A DNA stretch of 64,000 nucleotides from NCBI RefSeq assembly GCF_003018255.1, contig NZ_CP027440.1, one strand, 5' to 3'. The position numbers and the translations under genes are program-made. The DNA is from Escherichia coli. GTDB lineage: Bacteria > Pseudomonadota > Gammaproteobacteria > Enterobacterales > Enterobacteriaceae. The notes under the pieces are model-generated. The model did no database searches, was not told where the DNA came from, and worked only from the letters and a program-made list of their open reading frames with translations. This document shows, piece by piece, positions 10,668 to 24,345 of this stretch. The number at the start of each line of letters is the position of its first letter. Position 1 is the stretch's first letter.

Positions 10668-11501
10668 TCAGGCAATTTTGCGCAGAAAGCCGCAAATAAG
10701 ATTAATAAAGTTTTGCTTTGAGAGTTCCGCTGCTGCCAGCGTTTGGGCATGAGAAAGCTTCACGTCACTCAGACCTTCCGCCATGTTGGTAATCGCAGAG
10801 ACCGCAACGACTTTAAGTTCGCAATGGCGAGCTGAAATAACCTCAGGCACCACAGACATACCAACAACATCCCCACCAATAATTTGCATCATACGAATTT
10901 CCGCCGCAGTCTCGAAATTCGGCCCCGGATACGAGACGAACACGCCCTCCGTCAGAGGGAACCCCTCTTCTTTCGCCACTTTTTGTAACAGTGCGCGGTA
11001 TTCCGCATCGTAGGCATTCGCCAGCGAGAAGAAGCGCTCACCAAAACGTTCATCATTAAGACCCACCATCGGCGTTCCCGGCATGGTGTTGATGTGATCT
11101 TTCAATGCGACCAGACTGCCGGCCCCCACTTCAGGACGCAGTGAGCCAGCCGCATTGGTGCAGAACAGCAACTCGCAGCCCAGCAACTTAAAGGTACGGA
11201 TTGCATCCGTCATGATGGTCATCCCACGACCTTCGTAGAAATGTCCGCGACCTTTCATGCACGCCACTGGCACCCCCTGGAGATACCCCAGCACCAGCTC
11301 ACCCGCATGACCGTGTACGGTACTTACCGGGAACCCAGGCAGCTTTTCGTAGGAAATTGCGACCGCGTTCTCAATCTGATCGGCCAGCGCGCCCAGCCCG
11401 GAACCTAACATAAAGGCCACTCGTGGCGTGAAATCAGGTTTATAAGTCTTGATAATATCTACGCAATACAGTGGGTTATGAGAAAACTGAGCCTGAGACA
11501 T
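10668..11501 (-). CDS. xapA: Purine nucleoside phosphorylase II / xanthosine phosphorylase XapA (277 aa)
   Basis: ORF-track; MSQAQFSHNPLYCVDIIKTYKPDFTPRVAFMLGSGLG... PNP family. Confidence 0.95.
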   Translation of the reverse strand: MSQAQFSHNPLYCVDIIKTYKPDFTPRVAFMLGSGLGALADQIENAVAISYEKLPGFPVSTVHGHAGELVLGYLQGVPVACMKGRGHFYEGRGMTIMTDAIRTFKLLGCELLFCTNAAGSLRPEVGAGSLVALKDHINTMPGTPMVGLNDERFGERFFSLANAYDAEYRALLQKVAKEEGFPLTEGVFVSYPGPNFETAAEIRMMQIIGGDVVGMSVVPEVISARHCELKVVAVSAITNMAEGLSDVKLSHAQTLAAAELSKQNFINLICGFLRKIA

Positions 11502-11749
11502 ATATATCCTTTTTTTGTAGGGTGGAATCTAACGCCTTTTTATAACGAGATTGCCCTACCTCATACCAATACACTTTTTTCATGTATCCGATAGTTATTC
11601 GATATCGATATATTTATATTTTTTCACTATTAATAGGCTGAAAAAACTGTATTGGTACTCTCCTTTCCCTTGCATTAACAATATGCCGCTTTTAATCAAC
11701 CTTTTTATTAAGCAATCAACTAATAACGATCGGCATAGGGAATTATGCT

Positions 11750-12514
11750 ATGAAAAAACATCTTTTTACTCTGACACTCTCTTCTGTATTGGCGATACCA
11801 GCAGTATCCCATGCAGAATTTAAAGGCGGTTTTGCTGATATAGGTATTCATTATCTTGACTGGACTAGCAGAACCACTGAGAAATCGTCGACCAAATCAC
11901 ACAAAGATGATTTTGGATATCTGGAACTGGAAGGCGGCGCTAACTTTAGTTGGGGAGAAATGTACGGGTTCTTCGACTGGGAAAACTTTTATAATGATCG
12001 TCATGATAAACCGGGTAGCGAGCAGCGTTATACCTTTAAAAATACCAACCGTATTTACCTGGGTGACACCGGATTTAATCTCTACTTGCATGCGTATGGC
12101 ACCTACGGTTCTGCGAATCGCGTGAATTTCCATGACGATATGTTCCTTTACGGTATCGGCTACAATTTCACCGGCAGCGGTTGGTGGTTCAAACCGTTCT
12201 TTGCAAAACGCTATACAGACCAAACCTATTATACCGGCGATAACGGTTATGTCGCCGGTTGGGTTGCAGGTTACAGCTTTATGCTGGGCAGTGAGAAATT
12301 CACCCTCACCAACTGGAACGAGTACGAGTTTGATCGTGATGCCACCTACGCGGCAGGTAATGGCGGCAAAGAAGGTCTGAACGGTGCCGTCGCACTTTGG
12401 TGGAATGCAACTTCACACATCACCACAGGAATTCAGTATCGTTATGCGGATGACAAACTGGGCGAAGATTTTTACCAGGATGCAATAATCTACTCCATCA
12501 AATTTAATTTCTGA
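11750..12514 (+). CDS. yfeN: Putative outer-membrane protein YfeN (signal peptide; Tsx-like channel family as I recall)
   Basis: ORF-track; signal peptide MKKHLFTLTLSSVLAIPAVSHA, aromatic-rich beta-barrel-like sequence ending in F. Confidence 0.8.
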   Translation: MKKHLFTLTLSSVLAIPAVSHAEFKGGFADIGIHYLDWTSRTTEKSSTKSHKDDFGYLELEGGANFSWGEMYGFFDWENFYNDRHDKPGSEQRYTFKNTNRIYLGDTGFNLYLHAYGTYGSANRVNFHDDMFLYGIGYNFTGSGWWFKPFFAKRYTDQTYYTGDNGYVAGWVAGYSFMLGSEKFTLTNWNEYEFDRDATYAAGNGGKEGLNGAVALWWNATSHITTGIQYRYADDKLGEDFYQDAIIYSIKFNF

Positions 12515-12518
12515 TTGA

Positions 12519-12541
12519 TTACTGCCGGGGCTCCCGGCAGT
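12519..12541. terminator. GC-rich hairpin between convergent yfeN and yfeR (possible bidirectional terminator, no clear T-run)
   Basis: Stem ACTGCCGGG / CCCGGCAGT with 3-nt loop. Confidence 0.35.
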
Positions 12542-12551
12542 ATGAATAGCT

Positions 12552-13478
12552 CTATATCTGATACAGCGGATCCCCTTCCCGCCCAGCCATTAGCGCACGG
12601 CCCTGGCCTCGTACCACTTCCCATAACGCTTGTGCGGCGGTGGAAAGTGAACGGTTCTTCCTGCGCACCAGCATCAACTGGCGTTCCACCACCGGCGTAA
12701 TGCGCTTTACCACCAGCGGGCTACCTTCAGGTAACGGCAGCGCCAGTGCGGGAAGAATACTAATGCCGATGCCTGCGGCTACCATCGGGAACAGCGTCGC
12801 CGGATGACCAATCTCCTGCACAATATTCGCCTGAATACCGTTGCGCGCCAGAGCTGCGTCAATCAGCGGTCGGCTGCCTGACGCGTAATCCTGCAACACC
12901 AATTTCGCTCCCTGTAATGCCTGCCAGGGTACATAATCTTCCGCGGCTAAAGCGCTATCGCGATGGCAAAGCAAGAAGAAAGGCTCGGAAAGAATCGCTT
13001 CACATTGCAGATCGCTCACTGGGCCTGGATCGATGACGATGCCAAAATCGACATCTCCCTGGCGAATACTTTCCATCACCCACTGCTGCGGACGATCGTG
13101 CAGGACAAACTGAATATCGGGATAGCGGCGATGGCTTTCAGCAATGCATTGCGGAATAAGATGCGCGGAAATGGTCTGGCTGGCAGCGACCCGAACTTTT
13201 CCGCTCAGTTGTTGCCCCATACGCCCGGTATCGCGCAACGTGCTGTTAAGTTCATCCAGCAGTCGCTCAAGACGCAAAGCCAACTGCTGCCCTGCATCTG
13301 TAAGCACCACTTCACGCGTGGTTCTGTCCAGCAGGCGAACACCAGTATGATTTTCCAGCTCCTTCACACTGTGACTTACTGCCGACTGACTCAGGCCGAT
13401 ACGCTCTCCTGCACGACTAAAACTTTTCTCCTGCGCTACTGTGACGAAAACCTTTAATTGTTTTAAAGAATAATTCAT
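12552..13478 (-). CDS. yfeR: LysR-family transcriptional regulator YfeR (308 aa)
   Basis: ORF-track; [42 protein letters not shown]... LysR HTH. Confidence 0.88.
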   Translation of the reverse strand: MNYSLKQLKVFVTVAQEKSFSRAGERIGLSQSAVSHSVKELENHTGVRLLDRTTREVVLTDAGQQLALRLERLLDELNSTLRDTGRMGQQLSGKVRVAASQTISAHLIPQCIAESHRRYPDIQFVLHDRPQQWVMESIRQGDVDFGIVIDPGPVSDLQCEAILSEPFFLLCHRDSALAAEDYVPWQALQGAKLVLQDYASGSRPLIDAALARNGIQANIVQEIGHPATLFPMVAAGIGISILPALALPLPEGSPLVVKRITPVVERQLMLVRRKNRSLSTAAQALWEVVRGQGRALMAGREGDPLYQI

Positions 13479-13567
13479 CTGTTTTTTTCATGAATGGATG
13501 CAATAAATCAATTTTATTTCTCAAACTGGAAGAAGCACAATAGAACCATCGATCATCTGGAGTCTTT

Positions 13568-14566
13568 ATGAAACTTTTTCGTATCCTCGATCCTTTCACC
13601 TTAACCCTGATCACGGTGGTGTTGCTGGCCTCTTTCTTTCCGGCCAGAGGCGATTTCGTCCCCTTCTTTGAAAATCTGACCACTGCAGCGATTGCTCTGC
13701 TGTTCTTTATGCACGGCGCGAAGTTGTCGCGTGAGGCGATTATTGCTGGCGGTGGGCACTGGCGACTGCATTTGTGGGTAATGTGCAGCACCTTCGTATT
13801 GTTTCCGATTCTGGGCGTGCTGTTTGCCTGGTGGAAACCGGTAAATGTCGACCCGATGCTCTACTCCGGTTTTCTCTACTTGTGCATTCTCCCCGCTACC
13901 GTGCAGTCTGCAATCGCCTTTACTTCAATGGCGGGCGGTAACGTCGCGGCAGCGGTTTGTTCTGCGTCAGCATCCAGCCTGTTGGGGATTTTCCTTTCAC
14001 CATTGCTGGTTGGTCTGGTGATGAATGTTCACGGTGCGGGAGGCAGCCTTGAGCAGGTCGGTAAAATTATGCTGCAATTGCTACTGCCGTTTGTGTTGGG
14101 GCATCTTTCCCGGCCGTGGATTGGTGACTGGGTGTCGCGCAATAAAAAATGGATTGCGAAAACTGACCAGACGTCCATTCTGTTGGTGGTTTATACGGCA
14201 TTCAGCGAAGCCGTCGTTAACGGTATCTGGCACAAAGTTGGCTGGGGATCATTGCTGTTTATCGTGGTGGTCAGTTGCGTTCTTCTGGCTATCGTGATTG
14301 TAGTTAACGTCTTTATGGCACGCCGACTGGGCTTCAATAAGGCAGATGAAATTACTATCGTCTTTTGTGGTTCGAAAAAGAGTCTGGCAAATGGCATCCC
14401 GATGGCAAACATTCTGTTCCCCACATCGGTGATCGGTATGATGGTGCTGCCCCTGATGATTTTCCATCAGATCCAATTGATGGTCTGTGCGGTGCTGGCG
14501 CGTCGATACAAACGCCAGACCGAACAGTTACAGGCGCAGCAGGAAAGCAGCGCCGATAAAGCTTAA
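13568..14566 (+). CDS. yfeH: Putative bile acid:Na+ symporter (BASS) family inner-membrane protein YfeH (332 aa)
   Basis: ORF-track; polytopic membrane protein divergent from yfeR. Confidence 0.85.
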   Translation: MKLFRILDPFTLTLITVVLLASFFPARGDFVPFFENLTTAAIALLFFMHGAKLSREAIIAGGGHWRLHLWVMCSTFVLFPILGVLFAWWKPVNVDPMLYSGFLYLCILPATVQSAIAFTSMAGGNVAAAVCSASASSLLGIFLSPLLVGLVMNVHGAGGSLEQVGKIMLQLLLPFVLGHLSRPWIGDWVSRNKKWIAKTDQTSILLVVYTAFSEAVVNGIWHKVGWGSLLFIVVVSCVLLAIVIVVNVFMARRLGFNKADEITIVFCGSKKSLANGIPMANILFPTSVIGMMVLPLMIFHQIQLMVCAVLARRYKRQTEQLQAQQESSADKA

Positions 14567-14781
14567 AGCGGACGCTTCAGGGGCTGGACCAGTTGCGTCA
14601 GCCCCTCGGTTTTAATCAGCAGCGTGATTTGCATTAGCTCACCGAGCTTCCCTGCCGGGAACTCATCTTTGCGGGCAAACCACAGCAGATACTCCTCCGG
14701 CAGGTCGATTAAGCGACGCCCTTTGTACTTGCCAAACGGCATTATCGTATTGGCTATTTCAATCAGCTGCTCTTTTTCCAT
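14563..14781 (-). CDS. ypeB: Small conserved protein YpeB (72 aa, DUF3820-like)
   Basis: ORF-track frame 14563..14874; start placed at ATG 14781 (MEKEQLIEIANTIMPFGKYKGRRLIDLPEEY...), 1 nt downstream of the ligA stop. Confidence 0.8.
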   Translation of the reverse strand: MEKEQLIEIANTIMPFGKYKGRRLIDLPEEYLLWFARKDEFPAGKLGELMQITLLIKTEGLTQLVQPLKRPL

Positions 14782-14782
14782 C

Positions 14783-16807
<2,025 letters not shown>

Positions 16808-16868
16808 TCAATGCTAAAAACCCCCGACAAGCGGGGGTTCGAAGAGGAGTTAATTTGCCTTAAGTGTA

Positions 16869-17867
16869 TCAGGCGTTGGCGTCTTTGACTTCGCGGATGA
16901 TGTCCTGGTACTCGCGCAATTTCTGCGGAGTCATCATACGGCGCTGATCGTCAAGAACAACACCGCCCACTTCATCGGCAATATGCTGCGCAGATTGCAG
17001 CATCAGCTTGAAGTTCTGCAGCTCGTCACCGTAAGACGGTACCTGCATAAAGATAGTGACACCCGGAGTAGTGAAATCCTTCATTTCAGGATCAAAGGTT
17101 CCCGGTTTCACCATATTCGCCAGGCTAAATAACGCCGGGCCGCTGCCATCCGGGCTAAGATGACGATGGTAAATATTCATATCGCCAAAAATGAAGCCCG
17201 CTTGTTGAATGCTGTTAAGAAGCAGTTCACCGTTTAGCTCGCTACCGTGATGCGCCGCGACGTTCATGATAATCACCGCTTCTTTGCGCTTCGGTTTATC
17301 CATAACTGGAGCCGGTTCCGCTACAGGCTCAGGCTGTGGTGCCGCTACGGGTTCTGCAGGCTGGAAAGCCTGTTGTGCCGGTTGCGGTGCTGAATGCACT
17401 GGCTGCGGCGCTGGCGCGACCTGTGGCGAAACTGGCTGCTGCAACGGCTGTTCAGGCTGCGGCTGATAGGCAGGCTGCTGCACGGGTTGCTGCACCGGCT
17501 GCGCTGGACGCGGAGCATGTTGCGGCGGTACCTGCGCTTCAGGCGGCTGCTGGACCGGTTGACGCGGCTGCGCAGACGCATAAGGCGGTTGGTACTGGTG
17601 TTGCGGCGACGGACGAGCAGCCTCATGCTCCTGGGCGTTAGCCGGGGCATGATTCACGCGGTGAACTCGAACCTCACCAACGCCCTCATCATCTTCGACA
17701 TCCTCGTCATAAGAATCGTCGTCACGTTTTGACTTCATTCGTTTTAATGGCCGATCGCGGAACATAGAAGATCGTTCTTTACGGCTGGTCCAGAAACCAT
17801 GTACCAGTAAAGCGATTATGGCGATCGCGCCAACAATGATTAATATCAGACGCAAATCCTGCATCAT
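16869..17867 (-). CDS. zipA: Cell-division protein ZipA (332 aa in this sequence)
   Basis: ORF-track frame 16869..17918; start placed at ATG 17867 ([26 protein letters not shown]...); long P/Q-rich linker; FtsZ-binding C-terminal domain. Confidence 0.9.
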
Positions 17868-18096
17868 TATATTCTCTGTTGTTCTAACACCTTGCCACCA
17901 CGGCAAACATTTACTCACTAAGAGTATTTGCCGATTACCTCAAGTGCAAGTGCACTATTAACTTTCACAGCACAAAGATAGATGAAATCGTGCTTTTTGC
18001 TGTTTTTTCGAACATATCCTAACTGTCCATTGCGCAATTACCCGGTAAAATACGCAGAATTTTCCTGGGATTGGTCAAAAGGAGCTCATCCTGATT

Positions 18097-18858
18097 ATGG
18101 TTTCATCATTCACATCTGCCCCACGCAGCGGTTTTTACTATTTTGCGCAAGGCTGGAAGCTCGTCTCGCAACCTGGGATTCGGCGTTTCGTTATTTTACC
18201 GCTGCTGGTCAATATTTTGTTGATGGGGGGCGCATTCTGGTGGCTCTTTACGCAACTCGATGTCTGGATCCCGACTCTCATGAGTTATGTTCCGGACTGG
18301 TTACAATGGCTGAGCTATCTGTTGTGGCCTCTGGCTGTCATCTCTGTGCTGTTAGTGTTTGGCTATTTCTTCTCAACGATTGCTAACTGGATTGCCGCTC
18401 CGTTCAATGGTTTATTGGCTGAACAACTGGAAGCACGATTGACTGGCGCTACACCGCCAGATACCGGGATTTTCGGTATCATGAAAGATGTGCCGCGAAT
18501 CATGAAACGCGAATGGCAAAAATTTGCCTGGTATCTGCCGCGCGCAATTGTATTGCTAATTCTTTACTTCATCCCTGGTATTGGGCAAACCGTCGCGCCG
18601 GTACTGTGGTTCCTGTTTAGCGCCTGGATGTTAGCCATCCAGTATTGCGATTACCCCTTCGATAACCACAAAGTGCCGTTTAAAGAGATGCGCACCGCCC
18701 TGCGCACACGCAAAATCACCAATATGCAGTTTGGTGCTTTAACCAGCCTGTTTACGATGATCCCTCTGCTTAATCTGTTCATCATGCCCGTTGCCGTTTG
18801 TGGTGCGACGGCGATGTGGGTCGATTGCTATCGCGATAAACACGCGATGTGGCGGTAA
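18097..18858 (+). CDS. cysZ: Sulfate transporter CysZ (253 aa)
   Basis: ORF-track; [31 protein letters not shown]... Confidence 0.92.
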
Positions 18859-19042
18859 CAATCTACCGGTTATTTTGTAAACCGCTTGTGTGAAACAGGG
18901 GTGGCTTATGCCGCCCCTTATTCCATCTTGCATGTCATTATTTCCCTTCTGCATATAGATATGCTAAATCCTTACTTCCGCATATTCTCTGAGCGGGTAT
19001 GCTACCTGTTGTATCCCAATTTCATACAGTTAAGGACAGGCC

Positions 19043-20014
19043 ATGAGTAAGATTTTTGAAGATAACTCGCTGACTATCGGTCACACGCCGCTGGTTCGCC
19101 TGAATCGCATCGGTAACGGACGCATTCTGGCGAAGGTGGAATCTCGTAACCCCAGCTTCAGCGTTAAGTGCCGTATCGGTGCCAACATGATTTGGGATGC
19201 CGAAAAGCGCGGCGTGCTGAAACCAGGCGTTGAACTGGTTGAACCAACCAGCGGTAATACCGGGATTGCACTGGCCTATGTCGCTGCCGCTCGCGGTTAC
19301 AAACTCACCCTGACTATGCCAGAAACCATGAGTATTGAACGCCGCAAGCTGCTGAAAGCGTTAGGTGCAAACCTGGTGCTGACCGAAGGTGCTAAAGGCA
19401 TGAAAGGCGCAATCCAAAAAGCAGAAGAAATTGTCGCCAGCAATCCAGAGAAATACCTGCTGCTGCAACAATTCAGCAATCCGGCAAACCCTGAAATTCA
19501 CGAAAAAACCACCGGTCCGGAGATCTGGGAAGATACCGACGGTCAGGTTGATGTATTTATTGCTGGCGTTGGGACTGGCGGTACGCTGACTGGCGTCAGC
19601 CGCTACATTAAAGGCACCAAAGGCAAGACTGATCTTATATCTGTCGCCGTTGAGCCAACCGATTCTCCAGTTATCGCCCAGGCGCTGGCAGGTGAAGAGA
19701 TTAAACCTGGTCCGCATAAAATTCAGGGTATTGGCGCTGGTTTTATCCCGGCTAACCTTGATCTCAAGCTGGTCGACAAAGTCATTGGCATCACCAATGA
19801 AGAAGCCATTTCTACCGCACGTCGTCTGATGGAAGAAGAAGGTATTCTTGCTGGTATCTCTTCTGGAGCAGCTGTTGCTGCGGCGTTGAAACTACAAGAA
19901 GATGAAAGCTTTACCAATAAGAATATTGTGGTTATTCTGCCGTCATCGGGTGAGCGTTATTTAAGCACTGCATTGTTTGCCGATCTTTTCACTGAGAAAG
20001 AACTGCAACAGTAA
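19043..20014 (+). CDS. cysK: O-acetylserine sulfhydrylase A / cysteine synthase A (323 aa)
   Basis: ORF-track; [44 protein letters not shown]... PLP-lysine motif. Confidence 0.97.
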   Translation: MSKIFEDNSLTIGHTPLVRLNRIGNGRILAKVESRNPSFSVKCRIGANMIWDAEKRGVLKPGVELVEPTSGNTGIALAYVAAARGYKLTLTMPETMSIERRKLLKALGANLVLTEGAKGMKGAIQKAEEIVASNPEKYLLLQQFSNPANPEIHEKTTGPEIWEDTDGQVDVFIAGVGTGGTLTGVSRYIKGTKGKTDLISVAVEPTDSPVIAQALAGEEIKPGPHKIQGIGAGFIPANLDLKLVDKVIGITNEEAISTARRLMEEEGILAGISSGAAVAAALKLQEDESFTNKNIVVILPSSGERYLSTALFADLFTEKELQQ

Positions 20015-20035
20015 TGCCAGCTTGTAAAAAATGCG

Positions 20036-20065
20036 TAAAAAAGCACCTTTTCAGGTGCTTTTTTG
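20036..20065 (+). terminator. Intrinsic terminator downstream of cysK
   Basis: Stem AGCACCT / AGGTGCT with loop TTTC followed by TTTTTT. Confidence 0.7.
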
Positions 20066-20397
20066 TGGCCTGCTTCAAACTTTCGCCCCTCCTGGCATTG
20101 ATTCAGCCTGCCGGAACTGGTATTTAACCAGACTAATTATTTTGATGCGCGAAATTAATCGTTACAGGAAAAGCCAAAGCTGAATCGATTTTATGATTTG
20201 GTTCAATTCTTCCTTTAGCGGCATAATGTTTAATGACGTACGAAACGTCAGCGGTCAACACCCGCCAGCAATGGACTGTATTACGCTCTTCGTGCGTCGC
20301 GTCTGTTAAAAACTGGCGCTAACAATACAGGCTAAAGTCGAACCGCCAGGCTAGACTTTAGTTCCACAACACTAAACCTATAAGTTGGGGAAATACA

Positions 20398-20655
20398 ATG
20401 TTCCAGCAAGAAGTTACCATTACCGCTCCGAACGGTCTGCACACCCGCCCTGCTGCCCAGTTTGTAAAAGAAGCTAAGGGCTTCACTTCTGAAATTACTG
20501 TGACTTCCAACGGCAAAAGCGCCAGCGCGAAAAGCCTGTTTAAACTGCAGACTCTGGGCCTGACTCAAGGTACCGTTGTGACTATCTCCGCAGAAGGCGA
20601 AGACGAGCAGAAAGCGGTTGAACATCTGGTTAAACTGATGGCGGAACTCGAGTAA
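20398..20655 (+). CDS. ptsH: PTS phosphocarrier protein HPr (85 aa)
   Basis: ORF-track; [29 protein letters not shown]... His15 site. Confidence 0.97.
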
Positions 20656-20699
20656 TTTCCCGGGTTCTTTTAAAAATCAGTCACAAGTAAGGTAGGGTT

Positions 20700-22427
20700 A
20701 TGATTTCAGGCATTTTAGCATCCCCGGGTATCGCTTTCGGTAAAGCTCTGCTTCTGAAAGAAGACGAAATTGTCATTGACCGGAAAAAAATTTCTGCCGA
20801 CCAGGTTGATCAGGAAGTTGAACGTTTTCTGAGCGGTCGTGCCAAGGCATCAGCCCAGCTGGAAACGATCAAAACGAAAGCTGGTGAAACGTTCGGTGAA
20901 GAAAAAGAAGCCATCTTTGAAGGGCATATTATGCTGCTCGAAGATGAGGAGCTGGAGCAGGAAATCATAGCCCTGATTAAAGATAAGCACATGACAGCTG
21001 ACGCAGCTGCTCATGAAGTTATCGAAGGTCAGGCTTCTGCCCTGGAAGAGCTGGATGATGAATACCTGAAAGAACGTGCGGCTGACGTACGTGATATCGG
21101 TAAGCGCCTTCTGCGCAACATCCTGGGCCTGAAGATTATCGACCTGAGCGCCATTCAGGATGAAGTCATTCTGGTTGCCGCTGATCTGACGCCGTCCGAA
21201 ACCGCACAGCTGAACCTGAAGAAGGTGCTGGGTTTCATCACCGACGCGGGTGGCCGTACTTCCCACACCTCTATCATGGCGCGTTCTCTGGAACTGCCTG
21301 CTATCGTGGGTACCGGTAGCGTCACCTCTCAGGTGAAAAATGACGACTATCTGATTCTGGATGCCGTAAATAATCAGGTTTACGTCAATCCAACCAACGA
21401 AGTTATTGATAAAATGCGCGCTGTTCAGGAGCAAGTGGCTTCTGAAAAAGCAGAGCTTGCTAAACTGAAAGATCTGCCAGCTATTACGCTGGACGGTCAC
21501 CAGGTAGAAGTGTGCGCTAACATTGGTACGGTTCGTGACGTTGAAGGTGCAGAGCGTAACGGCGCTGAAGGCGTTGGTCTGTATCGTACTGAGTTCCTGT
21601 TCATGGACCGCGACGCGCTGCCCACTGAAGAAGAACAGTTTGCTGCTTACAAAGCAGTGGCTGAAGCGTGTGGCTCGCAGGCGGTTATCGTTCGTACCAT
21701 GGACATCGGCGGCGACAAAGAGCTGCCATACATGAACTTCCCGAAAGAAGAGAACCCGTTCCTCGGCTGGCGCGCTATCCGTATCGCGATGGACCGTAAA
21801 GAGATCCTGCGCGATCAGCTCCGCGCTATCCTGCGTGCCTCGGCTTTCGGTAAATTGCGCATTATGTTCCCGATGATCATCTCTGTTGAAGAAGTACGTG
21901 CACTGCGCAAAGAGATCGAAATCTACAAACAGGAACTGCGCGACGAAGGTAAAGCGTTTGACGAGTCAATTGAAATCGGCGTAATGGTGGAAACACCGGC
22001 TGCCGCAACAATTGCACGTCATTTAGCCAAAGAAGTTGATTTCTTTAGTATCGGCACCAATGATTTAACGCAGTACACTCTGGCAGTTGACCGTGGTAAT
22101 GATATGATTTCACACCTTTACCAGCCAATGTCACCGTCCGTGCTGAACTTGATCAAGCAAGTTATTGATGCTTCTCATGCTGAAGGCAAATGGACTGGCA
22201 TGTGTGGTGAGCTTGCAGGCGATGAACGTGCTACACTTCTGTTGCTGGGGATGGGTCTGGACGAATTCTCTATGAGCGCCATTTCTATCCCGCGCATTAA
22301 GAAGATTATCCGTAACACGAACTTCGAAGATGCGAAGGTGTTAGCAGAGCAGGCTCTTGCTCAACCGACAACGGACGAGTTAATGACGCTGGTTAACAAG
22401 TTCATTGAAGAAAAAACAATCTGCTAA
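20700..22427 (+). CDS. ptsI: PTS Enzyme I (575 aa)
   Basis: ORF-track; [30 protein letters not shown]..., phospho-His motif GGRTSHTSI. Confidence 0.97.
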   Translation: MISGILASPGIAFGKALLLKEDEIVIDRKKISADQVDQEVERFLSGRAKASAQLETIKTKAGETFGEEKEAIFEGHIMLLEDEELEQEIIALIKDKHMTADAAAHEVIEGQASALEELDDEYLKERAADVRDIGKRLLRNILGLKIIDLSAIQDEVILVAADLTPSETAQLNLKKVLGFITDAGGRTSHTSIMARSLELPAIVGTGSVTSQVKNDDYLILDAVNNQVYVNPTNEVIDKMRAVQEQVASEKAELAKLKDLPAITLDGHQVEVCANIGTVRDVEGAERNGAEGVGLYRTEFLFMDRDALPTEEEQFAAYKAVAEACGSQAVIVRTMDIGGDKELPYMNFPKEENPFLGWRAIRIAMDRKEILRDQLRAILRASAFGKLRIMFPMIISVEEVRALRKEIEIYKQELRDEGKAFDESIEIGVMVETPAAATIARHLAKEVDFFSIGTNDLTQYTLAVDRGNDMISHLYQPMSPSVLNLIKQVIDASHAEGKWTGMCGELAGDERATLLLLGMGLDEFSMSAISIPRIKKIIRNTNFEDAKVLAEQALAQPTTDELMTLVNKFIEEKTIC

Positions 22428-22467
22428 TCCACGAGATGCGGCCCAATTTACTGCTTAGGAGAAGATC

Positions 22468-22977
22468 ATGGGTTTGTTCGATAAACTGAAATCTCTGGTT
22501 TCCGACGACAAGAAGGATACCGGAACTATTGAGATCATTGCTCCGCTCTCTGGCGAGATCGTCAATATCGAAGACGTGCCGGATGTCGTTTTTGCGGAAA
22601 AAATCGTTGGTGATGGCATTGCTATCAAACCAACTGGAAACAAAATGGTCGCGCCTGTAGACGGCACCATTGGTAAAATCTTTGAAACCAACCACGCGTT
22701 CTCTATCGAATCTGATAGCGGCGTTGAACTGTTCGTCCACTTCGGTATCGACACCGTTGAACTGAAAGGCGAAGGCTTCAAGCGTATTGCTGAAGAAGGT
22801 CAGCGCGTGAAAGTTGGCGATACTGTCATTGAATTTGATCTGCCGCTGCTGGAAGAGAAAGCCAAGTCTACCCTGACTCCGGTTGTTATCTCCAACATGG
22901 ACGAAATCAAAGAACTGATCAAACTGTCCGGTAGCGTGACTGTGGGTGAAACCCCGGTTATCCGCATCAAGAAGTAA
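22468..22977 (+). CDS. crr: PTS glucose-specific EIIA component Crr (169 aa)
   Basis: ORF-track; [39 protein letters not shown]... Confidence 0.97.
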
Positions 22978-22990
22978 TTCTTGCCGCAGT

Positions 22991-23020
22991 GAAAAATGGC
23001 GCCCATCGGCGCCATTTTTT
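22991..23020. terminator. Bidirectional intrinsic terminator between crr and pdxK
   Basis: Stem ATGGCGCC / GGCGCCAT with loop CATC, flanked by A-run and T-run; the pdxK stop codon overlaps the T-run. Confidence 0.75.
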
Positions 23021-23870
23021 ATGCTTCCGCCAGCGGCGGCAAAATCAATTCATCGCTCTCATGCTGCTGGGTGTAGCGCATCACTTCCAGTACGCGCAAC
23101 CCCGCACGGTGCACCGCATCGTTTAACGCCTTCCCTTTCAGCAAACCACTGATAAGCTGAGCACAAAACAGGTCGCCAGTCCCTTTCAGGTCGGTTTTTA
23201 CCCGTGAATGGGAAATGACATTCACGCTGTCGGCACTGACCACCACCACCTGCATCTCCTGATTTTCTTCATTACCGGAGGCGCTGGTAATCACCACCCA
23301 TTTTAATGTGTCTGAAAGCAGACTTTTTGCGGCAGCAATGGCACTGTCGAGATCGCGGCAATTTTTACCGGTCAGGATTTCCAGCTCAAAAATATTGGGG
23401 GTAATTCCCTGCGCCAGCGGCAGTAAATATTGTCGATACGCCTCGGGAAGGTCAGGTTTGACATAAATTCCGCTATCAATATCGCCAATCACTGGATCGA
23501 CCATGATCAATAGGTCAGGATGGTCTTTGCGTAGCGCAGTCAGCCACTCGGCAAGGATTTTGATTTGCGATGACGTTCCCATATAGCCCGTGGTTACAGC
23601 ACGAAGTTGGCGCAACGCATCACGCTCCTGAAGCGCACGCAAATAGCCGCTAAACCATTCGTCCGGAATCGCACCACCGTAGAAAGTGTCATAATGCGGT
23701 GTATTGCTCAGCAATACCGTCGGCACGGCAAAGACATTCAGGCCGTTCTGTTTTATAGCAGGCACCGCAATGCTGTTGCCTACGCTGCCGTACACTACCT
23801 GCGACTGCACGGCGACGATATCCGCCTGCAATGCCCTGCTCTTATCGTTAAACAACAACAAACTACTCAT
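23019..23870 (-). CDS. pdxK: Pyridoxal/pyridoxine/pyridoxamine kinase PdxK (283 aa)
   Basis: ORF-track; [44 protein letters not shown]... Confidence 0.92.
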   Translation of the reverse strand: MSSLLLFNDKSRALQADIVAVQSQVVYGSVGNSIAVPAIKQNGLNVFAVPTVLLSNTPHYDTFYGGAIPDEWFSGYLRALQERDALRQLRAVTTGYMGTSSQIKILAEWLTALRKDHPDLLIMVDPVIGDIDSGIYVKPDLPEAYRQYLLPLAQGITPNIFELEILTGKNCRDLDSAIAAAKSLLSDTLKWVVITSASGNEENQEMQVVVVSADSVNVISHSRVKTDLKGTGDLFCAQLISGLLKGKALNDAVHRAGLRVLEVMRYTQQHESDELILPPLAEA

Positions 23871-23883
23871 TTAATTTTTTCTC

Positions 23884-23949
<66 letters not shown>

Positions 23950-23974
23950 CACAAAACAAGGATAAGGTAATTCA

Positions 23975-24343
23975 ATGAAGAAAATCATTTGTCTGGTCAT
24001 TACGCTGCTAATGACACTCCCCGTTTACGCGAAGTTAACTGCCCATGAAGAAGCCCGTATCAACGCCATGCTGGAGGGATTAGCACAGAAAAAGGATTTG
24101 ATATTTGTGCGTAACGGCGATGAACATACCTGCGATGAAGCGGTTTCCCACCTGCGTCTGAAGCTCGGCAATACCCGTAACCGCATTGACACTGCCGAGC
24201 AGTTTATTGATAAGGTAGCCTCGTCGTCATCGATTACCGGGAAGCCGTATATCGTGAAGATGCCCGGTAAAAGCGATGAGAACGCACAACCTTTTTTACA
24301 TGCGCTGATTGCGCAGACGGATAAAACGGTGCCTGCGCAATAA
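23975..24343 (+). CDS. yfeK: Uncharacterised secreted protein YfeK (122 aa)
   Basis: ORF-track; signal peptide [19 protein letters not shown]. Confidence 0.8.
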   Translation: MKKIICLVITLLMTLPVYAKLTAHEEARINAMLEGLAQKKDLIFVRNGDEHTCDEAVSHLRLKLGNTRNRIDTAEQFIDKVASSSSITGKPYIVKMPGKSDENAQPFLHALIAQTDKTVPAQ

Positions 24344-24345
24344 TC

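Noticed and set aside
17266-17732. Cluster of overlapping ORFs on both strands (Cys/Gly-rich, Arg/Leu-rich, Ala-rich)
   Set aside because: All lie within the GC-rich, repetitive P/Q-linker coding region of zipA; they are repeat-generated alternative frames.
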